The notes below the pieces were generated by a model, which was not told the DNA's origin, ran no database searches, and saw only the letters and a list, made by a program, of their open reading frames with translations. A DNA stretch of 63,995 nt, counting the filler, from Folioceros fuciformis (Eukaryota): assembly GCA_049999805.1 (NCBI GenBank). It is 6 parts of 6 records of this genome, joined end to end, with 100 filler letters (N's around TTAATTAATTAA, not from the genome) between each part and the next. Parts side by side here need not be neighbours in the genome. Positions count along the whole stretch, not along the records: positions 60,997 to 63,995 come from JBNGIO010005846.1; 5 more parts are not named here. One strand, given 5' to 3'. Numbering within the stretch: the first letter of the stretch is position 1; every line of letters starts with the position of its first letter. Below, piece after piece: positions 60,897 to 63,995 of the stretch. The position numbers and the translations under genes are program-made.

Positions 60897-62449
60897 NNNN
60901 NNNNNNNNNNNNNNNNNNNNNNNNNNNNNNNNNNNNNNNNTTAATTAATTAANNNNNNNNNNNNNNNNNNNNNNNNNNNNNNNNNNNNNNNNNNNNCATT
61001 GAGAGCTGCTGCTACTGGAAGTGCTGTAAACATCACTCTGGAGATGTTATAGGCGCCTTGTACCAGGAAGAGCAGAGCCGAATGTTTTCTTCAAGTACTC
61101 CAAAGAGAGATTATATGAAAGGTTAAAAAAAAAATACTTCAAAGTATTTGAAAAAATAAAATAAAAAATGAATGCCTTAAATGAATTTGAAACCCTAATT
61201 GATAGACATACGAAGTACATGACCATAACCATTATAAATTAGCCTGAGCACTCTTGGCTAAGCTAGTATGCTGAGGTACCTCAACATTTTTACTTTTGCT
61301 CTCTTCCCCTTTGGTCCCCTCTCCTCTCCTCTCCTCTCCACTTTTTGTTTTTGTTTTTGTTGAATGTATTCTATCTCCTTTGGTTGCGTTTCTCTTTTCT
61401 TTCCCAATGTGTTTTATGGATTTTATGTGTCACATGAGTGGGTTTGGTTTCTTGGATTGTTCCCTTTTTTTTCTCTTGTTGTGTATGTTTTCTTCTTTTT
61501 CTTAGGGTTCTTTATTGTCTCTTCTCTTTCCAATATGTTTGACCTAAGTGCTTTTTTCCTTCTTGCATTGTTTCTATTGTGTTTCCTCTTAGAGTTAGAG
61601 TTTTTTTGGTTTTGGTTTTGGTTTTGGTTCTTTTTTCTTTTCTTTTCGAGCTATTCTTTCTCTCCTTCTTTTGAGGGTTTCATTGTTTTTTGTTGTAATC
61701 CTAATCTTCATCTTCATCTTCATCTTCATGTTGTTCTTGTTCTTCATGGTGAATCTTCGATTTCGTGCTTGATTGTTTGTTTTTGTTTTCATTTTGTTTT
61801 CTGCTTTTTATTTTGTTCTATGCTTTGAATTAATCTTTATCTTTATAGGTCCATAATTGAACTTTTATGAACATCAAATTATTAAACTCAAAAGGAGATC
61901 CCTTCAATAATTCAATTACGAGAGAAGTCTATAAATCAAATTTATTCTATTTCATGAAAAATGCAAGCCCCTAAGTCAAAAGGCCCGAAAGGGCATGCAA
62001 ACATGCTTCGTATGGATGACTTAAGACACTTGATCAATCTAAAGAAACAAGAAAAGGAACGCGCTCTACAATTACACAGCCCAAAAGAAGAAGGGCCTAT
62101 GAACTTCTTAAGTTTGGATGAACTAATTAAGTTCAATAAAAAGCAAGGAAAATCTAATATAAAAGCAAAGCTCAATAAAGAGCAAGAGCAAGCAAACTAT
62201 ATAATAAGAAACAACCTTAATACAAAATAATATTAATGATCAAAGTCTTGACGACTTGATCAAGCTTAATAGAATGCAAGTAAGACGCGGCGCTCGTCAA
62301 TGCTATAATGAACAAACAAAAACAAGCAAATCTTGCTAAGGAACAAATATCCTTAGAGCGAGTCTCCAGATGTGGAAATAATGGAGCAGCAAGACGAAAT
62401 GCACCCTACTCAACATGCAAGGTTCGTAACTAGCCACTTTCCTATGTCA

Positions 62450-62580
62450 TGTTAGGTGCATAAGTACGTAGGGCAACTTGTACATTGCATATTTTATGCT
62501 ACCTTGTGTGGCACATTGTGGTATACCACGTTAGGTGCATAAGTACGTAGTGCAGCTTGTACATTGCATATTTTATGCTG
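62450..62580. repeat. Direct duplication of a ~50-bp block (period ~78)
   Basis: GTTAGGTGCATAAGTACGTAG.GCA.CTTGTACATTGCATATTTTATGCT occurs twice. Confidence 0.8.
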
Positions 62581-63995
62581 TGTTGTGTCATGTCGTGTTG
62601 TGTGCTTGCGGATGCACATACATGTGATTGACATGTTTGCACTTCAAAGTTCACTCTTGGATTTTGTAATATATTCATGTTCTTAAGAGTCTCATAATGC
62701 AAGTTCAAGTTTGTGGCAATGCGGTTATGTGCATAAGTAAGCGCTCACCTTGACTTTGTTGCAACGGGTTATCGCGCTTCTTTTCTTACATGATAAAATA
62801 AAAGAAAATAATTATAACAAAATTGATCTAAATGAGAGTGTGGCACCACAAAAAAAAAAGAAAAAGAGGAGCCTTATGGCATTTTACGGGGTTGCCGCAA
62901 CCATCGGCATATGCGTTAAATCATAAATGCAAAGAAAATTAAATTAAATTAAATGATATGGACTTCATCGATGAAGGGCACTGCGGTAGGAAGGCAAGAT
63001 GCGATGCCGTCGACCTACAACGCCATGATGTAATAGCAAATCGTGCAGTTGAGGACTTCATTTCAAAATTTGGATCCATGCAAATTTAAAACTAGAACAA
63101 TATCTTAGAAAATCCTATTCTTTTCTCTCTCTCTTGTGGAAGGACTCTTTTTTTTTTTCTTCCATGAGTTCTTTTATCCAAAACATTTTTAATGTACAAT
63201 TAATCTCCATTTCTTTTAATCTTAAAATATCTTTTTTTTAAAAAAAATTATAAGTACTAAGAGTTTTCCAAATTTTCAAAATCATGCAAATTACTCCAAA
63301 AAATTAGTTGCCTAAAAATAGCCCAAACATACCATCGATTACAGTTATTTGGATCCAATTCATCAAGTTTTCTCAATCTTCTACGTCTTCTTCTTTCGCT
63401 TAGCATCCCTCGAACATGTATGGGTTGTCATACTTGCATGAAATTGACATCATAATCAAAATTTATCATCCATTCTTGATTATATCAATACCATGTCGGG
63501 CACTGCCCCTCGTATGTTATGTGGCTATTCTCGGGAGATCACAAGACTAGTACTAGACTAGCTACTCGTTTTGAGGGGATGTTATTCAGCCCGATGCATG
63601 CTATGTTTGTTTGTTTGCCTTCGAGTAGCATTTCGTCTCCCTTCAGAATGGGCCACTTGCACAGGCAGGTTAGACACCAGCCGCTGGTCAACCTGGCCAT
63701 TATTCGCTGGACGCAGTCATTGCTGCCTTATATCAAGAAGAGCAAACTCGTTAACGACATGCAGGTTCTGGCTCAAGCAAGATACGAACTGGCAGGGTTC
63801 TATATACTTCTCGGAATTCGCGTGGAGGTTCTAGGAGAGGGCGTGGTAGAGGTGGAGGTCGACCTCCTTCTCAACAAGGGCGTCAGCAAACCTCCACTAG
63901 CTCCTCCTCTACTAAAAGACCTGGTAACTATAATTGGTGCCATGTTCCTGGCCATTGGGAGAGGGACTGCCGACGCAAGGAGGCTGGCGAGCCCC

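Noticed and set aside
61296-61828. Phe/Leu-rich 'membrane protein' ORFs
   Set aside because: T-rich simple repeats (TTTTGG, CTTCAT) generate these translations.

Overview
Plant nuclear, transposon-rich DNA made of six contigs joined by 100-nt artificial spacers (44 N + TTAATTAATTAA + 44 N), so adjacency across the gaps is not proven. The source is probably a seed-free plant, most likely a hornwort, inferred from a GRP-terminated DYW:KP PPR protein. Host genes are an intact intronless PLS-class PPR gene (22780-26097), an intact ATL-like TM+RING-H2 gene with a pseudogenised paralog, an intronless pectin acetylesterase pseudogene and a PPR 5' fragment. The PPR gene has the DYW:KP/GRP domain associated with U-to-C organellar RNA editing and, unusually, two N-terminal OSB/PTAC9-type PDF ssDNA-binding motifs. 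The rest is nested mobile DNA: Ty1/Copia elements (four with both ends and TSDs resolved), a large solo-LTR family, two PIF/Harbinger segments (transposase and Myb/SANT genes, TIRs, internal tandem repeats), and Gypsy and L1 fragments. The most notable observations are the PDF-PPR-DYW:KP fusion and the recurrent antisense membrane-anchored ORFs in Copia 3' regions.
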